Below, piece by piece: positions 14,548 to 27,700 of a stretch of 64,000 nt of DNA. The stretch covers positions 2,480,001 to 2,544,000 of the forward strand of contig CM039009.1 in assembly GCA_017499595.2 (NCBI GenBank). Reading direction: 5' to 3'. How positions within the stretch are numbered: position 1 is the stretch's first letter; each line of letters opens with the position of its first letter. The translations under genes and the position numbers were made by a program. This stretch comes from Psilocybe cubensis (lineage: Eukaryota). Below the pieces are notes generated by a model. It ran no database searches and was not told where the DNA came from. It was given only the letters and a program-made list of their open reading frames with translations.

Positions 14548-16385
14548 TCACGCGCTATTACTCCCTACAGTAGGTAATGCAATTGAAGCAGACCCAGTGA
14601 CCATCCCGGTTAATGTGAATGCATAGAAGGGATGCGCAGGAGAGGTTGGTGATCCCTCCAAGAAAAGGGGCTGGGAAGATGGATTCACCAAAGTTTCTGA
14701 TGCGGAATTGGTGGGATGTTCAGTTACTGCGGCGACCTGTAGATGTGGCGGAGGCAAGTGGGACTCCGTGCTGAGCAAATATTTCCCATACAATGTTGAA
14801 GAAATTGTAACAAGCAACAACATTGCTACTTGCATAGTGGTGAAGTGGAAAGTATTAGCACTATACATAGTGAGCGGACGTGTCCTAGTTGAAGGGTATT
14901 GATCATCCTGTATCACCGTGGTTAAAATTAATTGAACATTAGAACAAACTGATTATGCATACCAATGTGCTATCAATTTCTCCAATACCGGATTCGTCGT
15001 TGTTTTGTATGAGTCCAACGTGGATAGTATTGGCAATGGCACCGTGTGTGCGCATCCATGGACTAAATGCGGGTATAACGGCAAAGATGTGAGGCTGGTG
15101 ATTGACAAGACCAAATGTTATGGCTTGTACTGGAGCTGGGTAACATAATTAGAATGTAATGCTCTCTTTGAAAACTCTTTGACATACCTCGGTAATTGTC
15201 GTCATCGAGCGCAAAGGTCCCGCATATCTCGCTAACGCCAAATGTCGCAAAAGCAACATAGCCATCAGAATGGCCAACGGCAACAGTATCTTCGTCAACA
15301 AAGATTATATTGACTATCAGATTTTTTGGGGGAGTTCGGCTAGATAAGACATAGCGCGTAGTCGACAAAAGACATCGATGGGTGGTTGAATAGAAGTCTA
15401 TACCGTCACACATGTTCATAACGGCAACTTGTTCTCCGGACGGTGAGATTGCAGCGGAGCCCAGACTGTAGACCATAGTTGTTATAACAAACAAGTTACA
15501 AAGGAATTGCAATATCACTTACAAGGTGTTATCTCGTAGTTGAATGGACCACTTGCTGGAATAGTCATTAAGGCTGTATGCTCTATAATTGACGAATTAG
15601 CGTTGTCCAGAAATAATAGATGAAGAAGTATGACACACGTTATTCCTCCTGTACCAAGGAAAGGGATGATTACTATCCGGCTTGAGGCAAAAAATATTCC
15701 GCATGAGAATTTATATTCGGAAAGACTCTGAACGTTGGGAGACAATGACACGTTCAGTCTAGCCATTTTCCCCAGCTCATTTGGCTCTATTACGCCTATC
15801 AGACCATGACATCAGTAATGAGATGTGCTTGTAATGACTCACCCATGAACGGGTCTTTTACGATGGAAACAGATCGCCCATGACCAATTGCAAGCCTTGA
15901 TCCGTCTGGACTCAGCTGCAGCGAGTGTATATAGCCTGGTATAATAGCGCTAGATGTAACATAGCTCTGAAAGGGGTGCATTAGAGTCAGTGAGGCGAAA
16001 AGTGCACACAAAGAAGTAAAACTAACCCCATCCAATTGCATAGTGATCCTATGTAAAGACCCATTGGCAGATCCACAAAAAATAGTCAAGTCCTCCGATG
16101 GGTGCCATGCAAGGGCGCGAATAGATGTACCGCTTTTGTAAATGCCGAATCTTCTCCAAACTGAGTCATGGAGCATGTAAATCTAGGAGTTATTAAGCAC
16201 ACTAAACACCTAGAATAAATTAATGACCTTTCACATACTTCAAGGAGGCCCTCATCGTTACCGACTGCAAGAAATCGACCACTGTGCGAGAGCTTCAGAG
16301 TGTGAGCAGCTTCTTTGCCATGCAGAGTGATAATTGCCTGTCGATGTACGTGGGAATTCCTGTAAAATATCCGGGAAGGCGTCAT
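14548..16385 (-). CDS. CACTA-internal gene 5: WD40-repeat beta-propeller protein with a possible C-terminal hydrophobic helix
   Basis: WD40-like strands LKLSHSGRFLAVGNDEG, IRALAWHPS, IHSLQLSPDGSRLAIGHG and AAISPSGEQVAVMN..DGID across several exons; hydrophobic AMLLLVTISSTLYG near the 3' end. 3' boundary approximate. Confidence 0.72.
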
Positions 16386-17149
16386 TTCTGGCTCGAGAAA
16401 GTTGAGTAAAAGTGACGACTAGAGGATGGGGCCTACACTCAACACTTGTCTTTGGCGTCGATCATTATAAAGATAGAATCCCGAGCCTCAAATTTGGTCA
16501 AAAATTATTCTTTCAAAGCATTCCTACAGAGTACGGCCTGCATCGTGTACAAAAAACGGAACTCACATCGTCTGATCTGGTGCCAAGATCACTTGGCTCT
16601 TTGTGCGACAGCTATTTTTGAAATATTTGCCACATTTCTAGCCGGCCAAAACAGCCGGCTATTTTTCAAAGATTATTTGTCAAGGAAGCATCAGAGGTAA
16701 GGAGCTGAACAGTAGAATATATTTCAAAAGTCGATATCGATACTTTTCAAAGATAATCCCCTGTTTAGGCTGACCAGAAGAAGCTCGATGGACACATTCG
16801 AATCCAACTTTGAAATGGCGCAGTAGGATGATGAGGTACTTAAAGTTGCGCGAACTTGAAAGCCAAGTTCCTCAGTCACCCCTACTCATCAGCATCCCCA
16901 AAATCAATATGGTGAGCATCATGTTATGCTTTGATTACTACAAGAATTCTGACCACAAGTTCTATCTAGCTTACGCGCCACGAGACCAAGATTGTCGAGT
17001 TACCAACTCATAGCACAGAACAAGTTGTGCATGTAATCAGGAGCCAAAGATTACGAGACAAGGTATGTTTTCCACTTTATAGCCAGTGAAGACCTAGAAC
17101 TAAAGTACGATCCTGCAACAGAAGTACAGGAAAGGGCTGCTTTATTCTT

Positions 17150-17640
17150 TAACAACGGCAAATCCAATGCTGCTCCAATGTTGACTCGCAGCCACGGACT
17201 CTGGCAGTTTCACCGAAACTCCTCAGATTGACATAGCCGGAGTGCTTGTAAATCCTAATTGCATCCCCACGGCATCCACCATTGTCACGGTCGATCGTCA
17301 TCGTTTCCTTATAATGGGTTACTATGACAGCACCCTTCCTCAAAATCTCAATTTACATGAGATTTGTCCTCATGCGCCCTGGCACGGAGAGCTCATAATA
17401 TTCTCTCTGGGACGTCGAACTCGCATCCTTTCACGTCCTGTTGGCCGGTTATTTACCCAAAAGGCCATTTCTATGTAAGTTATTTACTTTTAAATTGTGC
17501 ACAGATACAAGTTTACCTACCATGTATATTTCAGATACGTACGAGCTACCTTGGAGGCGCGATCCGCTGGAGTAGAGTGTCCTTCCCAAATTTCATTCAT
17601 CACACAATCCGTTTTCACTGCTTAGTTTACTTTCACGATG
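17150..17640 (+). CDS. CACTA-internal gene 6: small hypothetical protein (N..L......PWHGELIIFSLG motif), possibly degenerate
   Basis: ORF 17242-17478 with a GTAAGT donor near 17475 and a downstream exon YVRATLEAIRW...; the 5' frame is broken or uncertain. Confidence 0.4.
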
Positions 17641-20305
17641 GTGTCACAGTGTTTGTACAATACATGGGTCAAATAGAACCACAGTCAGAGAGATTATGTC
17701 ATATTCGATATCCCTCGCGGTTATGCCAGGTGCAGAAAATAAATAAGATATGGAAACGTGCTAATCTGATATGTCTGAATTAAGCCATGGCAGAATTTCA
17801 AAATCCGTCCGAGATGTAAACTATGCCTACTGTTGAATAGGTAGTCGAGGTTTGACGGGGTGACATAAACAGCAAAATATCTTTGAAAAATCTTTCCTAT
17901 TTCTGATCTAATCCAGAACAATAATTATATTTAAAATTTAGTCGCAATATAAGAGACGATTTTATTATCGACTATATATGCCAATCCCCGCAGTGTAAGT
18001 TCGGCAAATACCCCTCCAATCGGATATAATCGGCTTGTCGGCCAATCTCGTTGACAATCATTGCCATCGCTCGACAGTAGTCGACAGTACCCTCAGCAGT
18101 ATCCCCCGAATCTCTCCTCCTCTACTTGGGTTTAATATCGGTGCGACTGGGCCATTAGTGGATAGACTTTACTTCCCATTAATAATGATTAACTCAAAAG
18201 CGAGCGCCTGGGGGTCACCGATGCCAACGATTACTGGCATCGATATTTGGGATCCAGTCGACCCCTGATTGTTTCTTTACAGCTCGAACGTATGCGAAGG
18301 TTCCTATAAAGCGCCTTCACCTACATTAAAAGCACTGAGAGGAAACAAACAGGATCAGATGGTATGATATTCGATGGATATTCCTGAAAACATGCCACTG
18401 CAAGCTCACCGCCACAGTTCTTTCCTTGTCTTTCCATTTCATACTGTGTTTTCCCGCTTCTCCCGATGGGTCCATTTTCTGACATCATGCTATCTGGAGT
18501 CTCCCTTATTTGAACGCTTTTACTGGATTTTTTTTTTTGCACCTGTGGCCTCTATCAAAATATCTGGGTATCAGCCTTGCCACCAGCCTATTACGCACCC
18601 ACGCTCATGCTGGCTTCCTGATCTTATGTCCATGCATTGTACCCACTCGTGTTATGTCTAGGAAAACCAATATCATGGTTGTGGAGTGTGTGTATCAACC
18701 GATGTGGTCGGTGTTCCATTTGTAATGGCCATCACGATGTCCATCAAGTCCACGTCCACACAACGGAGCTGCGGACATCCATGAGGTCGAAATACACACA
18801 GGACGAACCTATATAAGAACACCACATATTCTCAAAGTTTCTTCACGCCTCTTACTACCTACCTTCATTACCACCACACGGAAGACGATATAACATTATG
18901 CCATTCTTCCTCAGAAGAGGGCCGGGGACGTTTCCCCAATCCTTGGTATACGCTTCGCCTTCGATATATGTGCCACCACGGAGTTACACCACTCTTCCTC
19001 CACATATCTGTCTATCGCTACACACGACTGCGTGTCAGTTGTGACCTTGGGCAAGCGACTTGGAGAGGGAGATATGATGGCGGCACACCTCCTTGCCCAC
19101 TCTCGACCACGCATTTGATATACTGGAACGCCTGCTGTCACCACAAACATCCTGTTTGCACCGCAATGCAGTAAATGGCGTGTACTAAAGCGCCTGGAGG
19201 AATACAATACCCTCACTCACATCCACACAAAGATGAATGGCGCCCGTAGTGCTCGTATTGCAGCAGTGATGATGGCTTGGAAGAAGATATTTCATTGACA
19301 ATTGTCGTGAAAATCATGGTGTGATGGGTTTGGGACATAAATTAGACTCTTGAGGTTACATATATACAGATATCAAGAGATGTTATTAATCCACGCTATT
19401 TACACAGCTTTCTCACTGAGATTCTGGATGCAAGGATATAGTTTTAGTTGATTACTACAGGGGTCCGTGCATGGGAAATATGTGTGCTCTGGGCCAGTCT
19501 GGGCCCAACTGAAATTGCACTCATAGGCTATGTCGGCTGAGCTGCACACAAACAAGCTCGTGTTGTGCAAGTGCAATGTGTACAAATACCTGATGTTCAT
19601 CAAGCAAGATCGCGCGACACCAATGTCTGTATGATCTGAATTGTGTTGTGACAGATATCCGGCGGTTCTGCATGAAATGACATGCTTATTATACGTCAGA
19701 ACATTACTGAAGTGTAACATAGGTAGGCTCCGACGGTTGATGCACACCCACACCGTAACGCAGAAGTACTGGAAAGCATCAGTCAACCACACCATATATG
19801 GTACAACGCAAGCGCCAACGGAATGGCAGAACACATATCGAAGCCAATTCTTTTCAACTTTGAAACTGAGGTCAAGTGACAGCAAACAGGAATAACAGGA
19901 GCACTATTATAATGTTTTTGTGGCTAATATACCAAATGCGGGTGAGTATTCTATGAATCAGTTACCGCCCACTTCGGAGGGGTGACCGGGATTTCGAGCT
20001 TCCGACATGTACATTCAAGATACTCAGGCAACACACATGTCATTTCAGAGTCTTGGGTAAGGTACATGTTTAATTATATCGTATGTTTCTTTTTGTATTT
20101 ACTCAAGAAGAAACTAGAATAATCTTCCCGTCATATTACCATACAAAATGTCTAGTGTCAAGATGAGACATGATTAAACCCTTTGATATATACTCACAGG
20201 CCTCGGATATCCAACTCCATACGGTGCAAGAGAGAAAGAAGCCTTTAAAACAGACGATGAATTTATTATCTTCCTTACAAGTTACCCTTCCCCACCACAG
20301 TCACA

Positions 20306-21337
20306 ATGTCCACCAACGCCAATTTTCCCAAACAAAGGAAACTTAAATTCTTCTACGATGGTTTGGATAGGGATGTCGAGTTGGTACTCTTACTCGCCCG
20401 CCCCATGGACAAGTACGCATTCTGCTGGAGTATGTGGTTCCATTCACTTGATGGCAATAAAGTGCTAATGCCCAATTGCTAAAGAGGTCATAAAATGCCA
20501 AGCTGGTGTAAAACATTCTGAACTTGTCACCTACGTTGACAAAACCGCACTTGCTGTTCCCGATGCAAGTCTACACTCCAATATATATAGTGCGACACTT
20601 TGCTTACATGTACCGCATGGCTGCAGGAGGATACTGGACGTGTCATCCCTGGATCGCCCGTTGTTCCTTGTCAGGTATGAGGTGACATCCCTTTCCATGA
20701 GTACAATACTCATTGCCATTTTGACTAGGCTGGCCAGAAATGCACAATGAAAATGGATGAAGAGGGCAACAATTATCTTACCCCTACCGTGGACTATGAG
20801 GCACCTACATCTATTACATGCTACTTTGATACAACCGACCGGGCGGATATCATATTTGTATGTCCATCACTGCAAATTCTGTCGATCATTGACATGTCAG
20901 TATATTCCGGGCTCAATGAACGAACTTTCACGTGCACAGGGGCTCCTGGAAGGAAGCGATAAGACAACAATGTGTCCAGTTACAAAGTTTCGAGATATTA
21001 AGTATGTAAAGAATTCTACAGTCATTCTGCAATACAAGCTCATGCTCTGATTTTCGTTTCTCAGACCCGGAACGACCCTTATGCTGGAATTCACCCCAAT
21101 GCTAAGTGTCTATGCTGTCGACGGATACCATGGTGAGTAACGCCTTCATGAAACCCTTTTCTAGATGACTCACATTATCCATCATGTCAATCAATAGCTC
21201 AAGATATCTTCAAGTCGGCATCGGAGTCCCAACCATTACTTTGCCAAAATCTCAATGATCTCCGGCGTTATACGAAGTGGGAGGTTCTTACAGATAAGGA
21301 TAGTGGTTGTGTCAAAATCGTGCTTCAAGATGACTAG
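20306..21337 (+). CDS. Multi-exon hypothetical protein (Agaricomycete family with ...LEFTPMLSVY...L..YTKWEV... C-terminus)
   Basis: ATG 20306 (MSTNANFPKQRKLKFF), several GT-AG introns, terminal exon QDIFKSASESQPLLCQNLNDLRRYTKWEVLTDKDSGCVKIVLQDD* ending at 21337. Confidence 0.5.
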
Positions 21338-22477
21338 CAACGTATATATCATACATTCATATTATAACGCGAGCAATGGCTTCGTCGTTGAATACTTTCA
21401 TGTTATATTGGCATTCTACGTATGCGATTATTGGAGTGTACACCTGATATCTCTATCGAGCTTCTTCTCCACAGGTTGCTTTAAATAGTCCCTACGAGTT
21501 CAAGCATTAGCTCAATTTTCATTCCACGTGTCAATGGGATAGGGGTAGCCCTTACACGGGACCTTCTTCATGCCCCAGCTCCGTTGGGGGTCATACCATG
21601 CTTCTCATAAAATATACTGCCAGCTACATCAAACGCGCATCACGCAGTATCACCATCGTCGAGACATCATACCCAACACTTTGTGGTTTCCGCTGGTTTC
21701 CGAGGTGGTCAAGGACGAGGTCCAAACCAAGGACATTTCCAGGACTTCCTCCAACGTCCGACTGGGTGGTGTCGATACCACGCCATTCGTTTCCAGTTAC
21801 CCCTCCCGCCAGGAGATGTCGTGGTCCAGAAATCTGATTGAGTAGAAACCGTGGGATCTCCAAATAAGTCGGTAGACGGACTCGATCGCTACTGCTGTCA
21901 AAGCGTCCCTCGTCATCCAGTACCTCCTACTAAACCTACCAATGGCTACTGTGGAGAACACGCACATACACGGCTTGTTGAGGGCTGGTAAGGCCAGACG
22001 ATGAAATGTTGTAGACGCGCGGGTGGGTGTATGGTCATGATGGTGCGCGCGGCGTGCGGTGCGTTGATTTGGGTTGATGTATTTGCAACCAGATACTGAG
22101 TGCTGGTGAGAATAGAGCGCGGAGCAGCGTGAATGAATCTGAAGGCGAGTATGTGAGACTGTGCACGCACCTACCTGTATAGCACCCACTGCGTCGCGCG
22201 GCGCTGAAAACGAATATGGTGTCCTTTACATGCGGTCTTGAGCTCCTTCCGCACACGGCACCGACCCAACTGGTATATGGCATATTCGAATCGGATAGGA
22301 TTTCTGGAAAGAGATGGCTAATGGCGCTGTGCGAGAATCAGTGATGCTGCACACCGACGGCGCCAGCTTCGCCTGTCTATTGCATGGGCTGAAAGCGAGT
22401 GCGCGCTTTTTCACGAGCGCACCGATATGATGGATGGTGTAAGGGAAGGGTGGAGGCTCACCATCAAGATAGTTACA

Positions 22478-22729
22478 GCAGACCCTGTTCTGGGTGTGGA
22501 AATGGCCTCGACCGTTAAAGTTGCCTGCTTTGGATACGACAAATATGAAGTGTACCTCAAGGCACTCATTTTGACTGGTATCGTTCCGCCCAAGAAGAAC
22601 ATTCTCTTCTCCATCGGAAGTTATAAGGAGAAGTTAGAGATCTTGCCTTTGGTGCAGAAGCTCAGCGCTGCTGGATACAACATCTTCGCTACTTCGGGTA
22701 CCTCAAATTTCTTGACAGAGCACGGTGTG
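22478..22729 (+). pseudogene. Isolated fragment of carbamoyl-phosphate synthase large chain (URA2/CAD-type; end of ATP-grasp 2 and start of MGS-like domain)
   Basis: [54 protein letters not shown]...[17 protein letters not shown] is the characteristic URA2 CPS sequence; the flanks are unrelated. Confidence 0.85.
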
Positions 22730-24237
22730 CATCCGAGGGCAGTTGGGATGGTATCGTTGATGAGATGGAGAACGTTGAGATTGGAAATGGAAGCGGGATT
22801 GATGGTAGCTCTTTTGACAATGAAAGCCAACCCAAGTTTTCAAAATATCAGCATATTCATTAAGCACATTTGAAGTCAGAGATCATAAAGTAAGGTAAAG
22901 AAGGAGATCTCGGCTCCATGTAAATCTGCCCAGGAGGATATCAAGGCCAAAATCATCCGCCAAACGTGGCTAAAGTTGCCGCTTGTTATTCCTGATGGGT
23001 GGGATTTGTCTCGGTAAAATCTTGAGATCTTCACTTTATTATACAAGCAAAGGCTATCGTAACCGCTATATCTACGACAAGAATGAAAATACAGGCTGGA
23101 TTTGTGCTACTGAGCATAGTCTTCAAAGACTTATGGTGTCGGGAGATTGCGAGCATAACAGCGGAATGCGACAAGGGTGTTGGGAAATGACCACTGGCTA
23201 CGGGAAGGCAATACATAGCGGCGGCGCACATAGGGGTGACGTTGTGGACACACTGAAACATTCCAAGCAGAGTTGTTGGTCGGAGAAGAGGATTCGTAAT
23301 AATTTACACACAGTGTTAGCACTTTGTTTGACCTATTCAACGCTCCTCAAGGGATGTGGGAGATACTTGGAAACAAGAATTAGCACATAGATCTACAGGG
23401 ATTGTGGTCGTTCAAGAAAGCTCCCACTTCCCCGAGCCTGTGCATGTGCATTCGTCCATAGATGAGATTCCCATGCCTTGCCATGTCCTGCCATTAGTCC
23501 ACATCGTGTGCTGCAAATATTTCCCACGTACAATCGTGAAGCCTCGATAGTGGATGATATTAGAATATTCTTTGGCTTCCCCTACAACGTCCATCTTTCA
23601 GACATAGAGAAAAACTAAACACTAAACACTGCCCAAGTAATATGGCCACAGCTACGCCGCCAGGGCTTCCCATAGAGGTTATCAACACTATCATGGAGAT
23701 TGCAGTCGCTACACTTGATCCCCAATCTATTTCATCGATAACACTCCTCTCACACCATTTCCGTAACATAGCCAACAAACAGCGCTTCTCTAAACTCAAG
23801 TTTGACACTGTAACCATTTGGACCCTTTTCCAAAGACTGGCAATTCTCGTTGAGGAAGCGGCTGGATACCCAATGCGTGGTATACAAACATTTATCACCT
23901 CTATCTACATACACATTCCCGATGACTACGATCCAGACAAAATGCAACCCCACATTACAGTTTTCAACCATCTATTCAGAGATGATGTCATACTATTCTC
24001 ACCTATTCGAAAGCTGTCGCTTTATATGACCGACGTTGCAGGGTCGTTTAATATGGACCCTGCACTGGATGCATCATTAAGGTCGTTGCTAAAGGAATCA
24101 CACATCAACTTCCTGGAGCTGTATCATTCAGAGGAAATTCCTTGCGATCTTCTTCATGGATCAAGAATTGAACACCTCTCACTGTGGGATGCGGGTTTAT
24201 TATCCAAACGTTATAGCGTCCCCATGGAATTGGATCC

Positions 24238-24561
24238 TGTTGACATCCACCGATCTACCACGATGACGTCAGACCACCTTTATTATTTTCCCCCACATTC
24301 CTAAACAACCACCTTTATATTCGTCCACGTAGAATAACCCTTTGTACTATGGGGAGGTATATAGTACCGACCCACATCGATGCAGAACCTCAGTCTCTAT
24401 CATATAGAACTGAGGTATGCATGTTTTCACTTTCACACTTTATCCAATATCTAATGTACCGTATAGTCTATTTCTCTACTCTAGGTACATTGTCATGTAA
24501 TTCAGTCTCTATCATATAGAACTGAGTCTATTTCTCTACTCTAGGGTCTAGATTTTCTACA
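24238..24561 (+). repeat. Copia 5' LTR
   Basis: tgttgacatcc...ttttctaca; identical by eye to 29541-29864. Confidence 0.97.
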
Positions 24562-24572
24562 GGTTATGGGCC
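24562..24572 (+). promoter_or_regulatory. Copia primer-binding site GGTTATGGGCC (half-tRNA-iMet type)
   Basis: Abuts the 5' LTR; matches the PBS type of Drosophila copia/Ty5-like elements, which prime with an internal tRNA-iMet fragment. Confidence 0.75.
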
Positions 24573-24753
24573 TTTCTTGTCACAACTAAAGTGGCACGAA
24601 TCTTGACCCTATTACGATCTAATCTTATCAGCGCGTCCTTATCAGCGCACCTTTTGATCCCTTTCATTGGAATACTCCCCGCATATTGCTGGCTGCGGAC
24701 TTCTATTCCTCTTCATAAGGCCACTTTAACTATCTTATACACTTTCTACTACC

Positions 24754-27700
24754 ATGGGCGACGGCACAATTCCCACTGTTGATCCTAACGACGCTACCAG
24801 GCCTTCTGTGTCTGAAAAACACATCACGGCCACATACAAAGGTGACCCGCTCGACAAAAACGTTGGGAACTGGAAAACGTGGAGCCGCACCATAAAGGAC
24901 GACTTGACAATACACGGTTTCGGTGCTCACATCAATCCCAAGCTCTGCAAATCTCCCGATCCCTCTGTGTACCCCATCGCCCATCGTAACTGGACGTACA
25001 ATGACCAAGTCGCCAAGAGCTATATTTGCCGCTACTGTGTCGACTTCGAACGCGAGAAAATCGATCACCTGGAGACCGCGCTTGAGTGCTGGGAGACCCT
25101 GGAGAAGTATCACCTCGACGAGGGCCCTATCAAACAAGTATCCTTGATCCAGAAAGCGCTCACCTCTCGAATTCCACGCGATAGCACTATGGTGGAGAAA
25201 GCGCGTGAGATCCGCGAGCAGATCAAACGCGCGTTCCAAATTCCTGGAGGTGTTACCGAGGATGTACTCACGGTTATTGCGATACTCCATGCTCTCGATG
25301 ACGGCCATGACCACACACGTCTTCTCATACAGACCCAGATGCAGTCCGCCACAAAGGAACGCCCTTACAAATATGAAGATATTGTTCTGGTCCTCGAGCG
25401 CGAAGTACAATTGATACTCGGCGCAGAACAACGCAATACCCTGGCGGATAGCCCCCTCGCACTTGCTGCCCAGACGAAAGGAAAAGGGAAGTCCTCTATT
25501 ATTTGCTCGAACTGTGCGCGTTCGGGGCATACTATCGAGTGGTGTATCAAGGGCCCGAATGGCGGGATGAAAGGCAAGACCATTGCTGAGGTTCGCGCTG
25601 CACGCGCCGAGAAAAATGGTCAGAACTCGTCCCGAACGAACACTTCATCGAAACCGCCTACATATTCGTTCAAGGACGCATCGGGGAAAGCTCTTTTTAC
25701 CATCCAAGTCGATCCCTCTCCACCTGATGCAACGCCCAGTAAAAATGAATTTGCAGGACTTGCATCCATCACTCCTGAACAATTCGCTCAACTCGAGCAA
25801 CGTGCGACGGATCGCCTGGCTGAGGAGGAGTCTATTGAGTACGAGGGGTGGATGGCGAAGGTCGAGGAGATCACGGAAATGGACACCCCAACGACAAGCC
25901 TCGACTGGAATGCTCACTCACGCGTCTTCGACACTGCGAAAATCGCCACTTCCCCACTTAATACACCAGATTCCACTCCTATTAAGAATATCGAGGAACT
26001 CCCCTTCTACCTCGACTCGGGTGCCAGTACCCACATATCACCAGAAGTCACTGACTTCAAAACCCTACGTCCCATTTCTTTGAGATCCGTCAAAGGCGTT
26101 GGCGGCTCCTCAATTAATGCCCACGGCGTAGGCGACATCTCGTTACGACTCCCTAATGATATATCCATTCAATTGAAGGATGTACTATACATCCCGCAGT
26201 CAGCCGCTCGTCTCATATCCGTGAGCAAGCTGGCCCGCCATTCAAAAACCCGCTCCACCTTCGACGATGAAGGATGTATAATCCAATCAAAGTCTACAGG
26301 CGCCACCATAGCCAACGGAACACTCCTTAATTCCAACCTATATTCCCTCAACCTCTACAAACCCGAAGCCGATCATATATTCGTTGCATCGCATGAACCT
26401 GATTTGGAAACGTGGCATCGCCGTCTTGGCCATCCCAATTACCAAACTCTGGTTGACATGGCACGAAAGGGTCTGGTAGAAGGTATGTCCCTACCCGACG
26501 CACTTCCTAAGAAATGCGACTCATGCATACTTGGAAAACAGACGAAAACACCTGTTCCAAAGAAGCGTGAGGAAGGGGAAGGACATAGAGCTACGGAAAT
26601 ATTGGAAAAGGTTCTGGCAGACTTAAGTGGTAAACACGATGTAACATCTAAGAGCGGTAATGAATATGTAATGGACATTATGGATGATTGTGCGAGTTTT
26701 ACATGGGGTATTCCCCTACCCGATAAGGGGGCTGCAGATGATAACCTGATCGCATGGGAGATAGCCCGAGAACGCGAATTTGGGAAACGTGTCGGGACCT
26801 ACTACATTGACAATGGCGAGCTGAAGACCAAGAAATTCCTAGCGTGGACACGATCGCGTGGAACTCGAGTTGTGTTCACCGCCCCATATACTTCTGCTCA
26901 CAACGGACGTGTAGAACGACTTCATCGCACCATTATGAACAAAGCGCGCACGATGCGCATCTATGCGGGCTGTCCACCGTCACTCTGGGACGAATTCTAT
27001 CTTACAGGGATACACCTACAGAACAGGACAATTACCCGATCCATTGACTCTGTTACGCCATATCAAATACTCTATAAACGGGCGCCAGACTACTCCTACA
27101 TGCGGGAAATCGGATGTCGGGCCTTTGTCCTAATCCAACCAGTAAAGTCCAACCCAAAAATCTATGCTCGCTCAATCGAATGTATACTGATTGGATACGA
27201 GCCTAATGCGAAAGCATATCGGTGCTATCATCCCACAACCAAGAGGGTTATATCCTCTTACCACGTTCGTTTCCTCGAAAGTCACGAGGGCCACTCGCGA
27301 TCCATCAATGATAACCCTTCATCAACCTCACCCACTACCCTCCCCGAAATTCTTGCCTCGTCAACACCGGATTCTAATAACCTGAATGAAGACATAGAGG
27401 AATTCCTCACAGGCACTCCACCGGACGACGATGTATTGACCCCGCCAAGACAACAATCTGACATCCCACCTGTCCCTGACGCACCAGCGCCTATCTATCG
27501 CAACCCTGACCCCAAACCAGCGGATCAGAGACGTACGTCATCCCGGATTGCTAATGCGAATAGCGACGATGCCGAAAAACGATCAAGACTGGAGAGAGCG
27601 CTAGAAGAGGTTCGAGATTCTGCAGAAAGGAGGAGGGAATACCTGGACGAGTTGAAGAGGAAGAGAGAGGAAAAGAAGAGAACGTTAGTGGATGTTGTTG

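Larger units (their letters stand above)
1933..17995 (-). mobile_element. Full-length CACTA (En/Spm) superfamily DNA transposon, ~16.06 kb, CACTG termini
   Basis: Left end 1933-1959 CACTGGGGGGTTTGGCATATATAGTCG; reverse complement of right end 17969-17995 is CACTGCGGGGATTGGCATATATAGTCG (25/27 match). 3-bp TSD TAA at 1930-1932 and 17996-17998. Encodes a Tnp2-like transposase. Confidence 0.92.

Noticed and set aside
18035-19900. Assorted short ORFs
   Set aside because: No motifs, splice support or paralogy that I could recognise.
24730-25530. 266-aa minus-strand ORF
   Set aside because: Antisense shadow of Copia gag.
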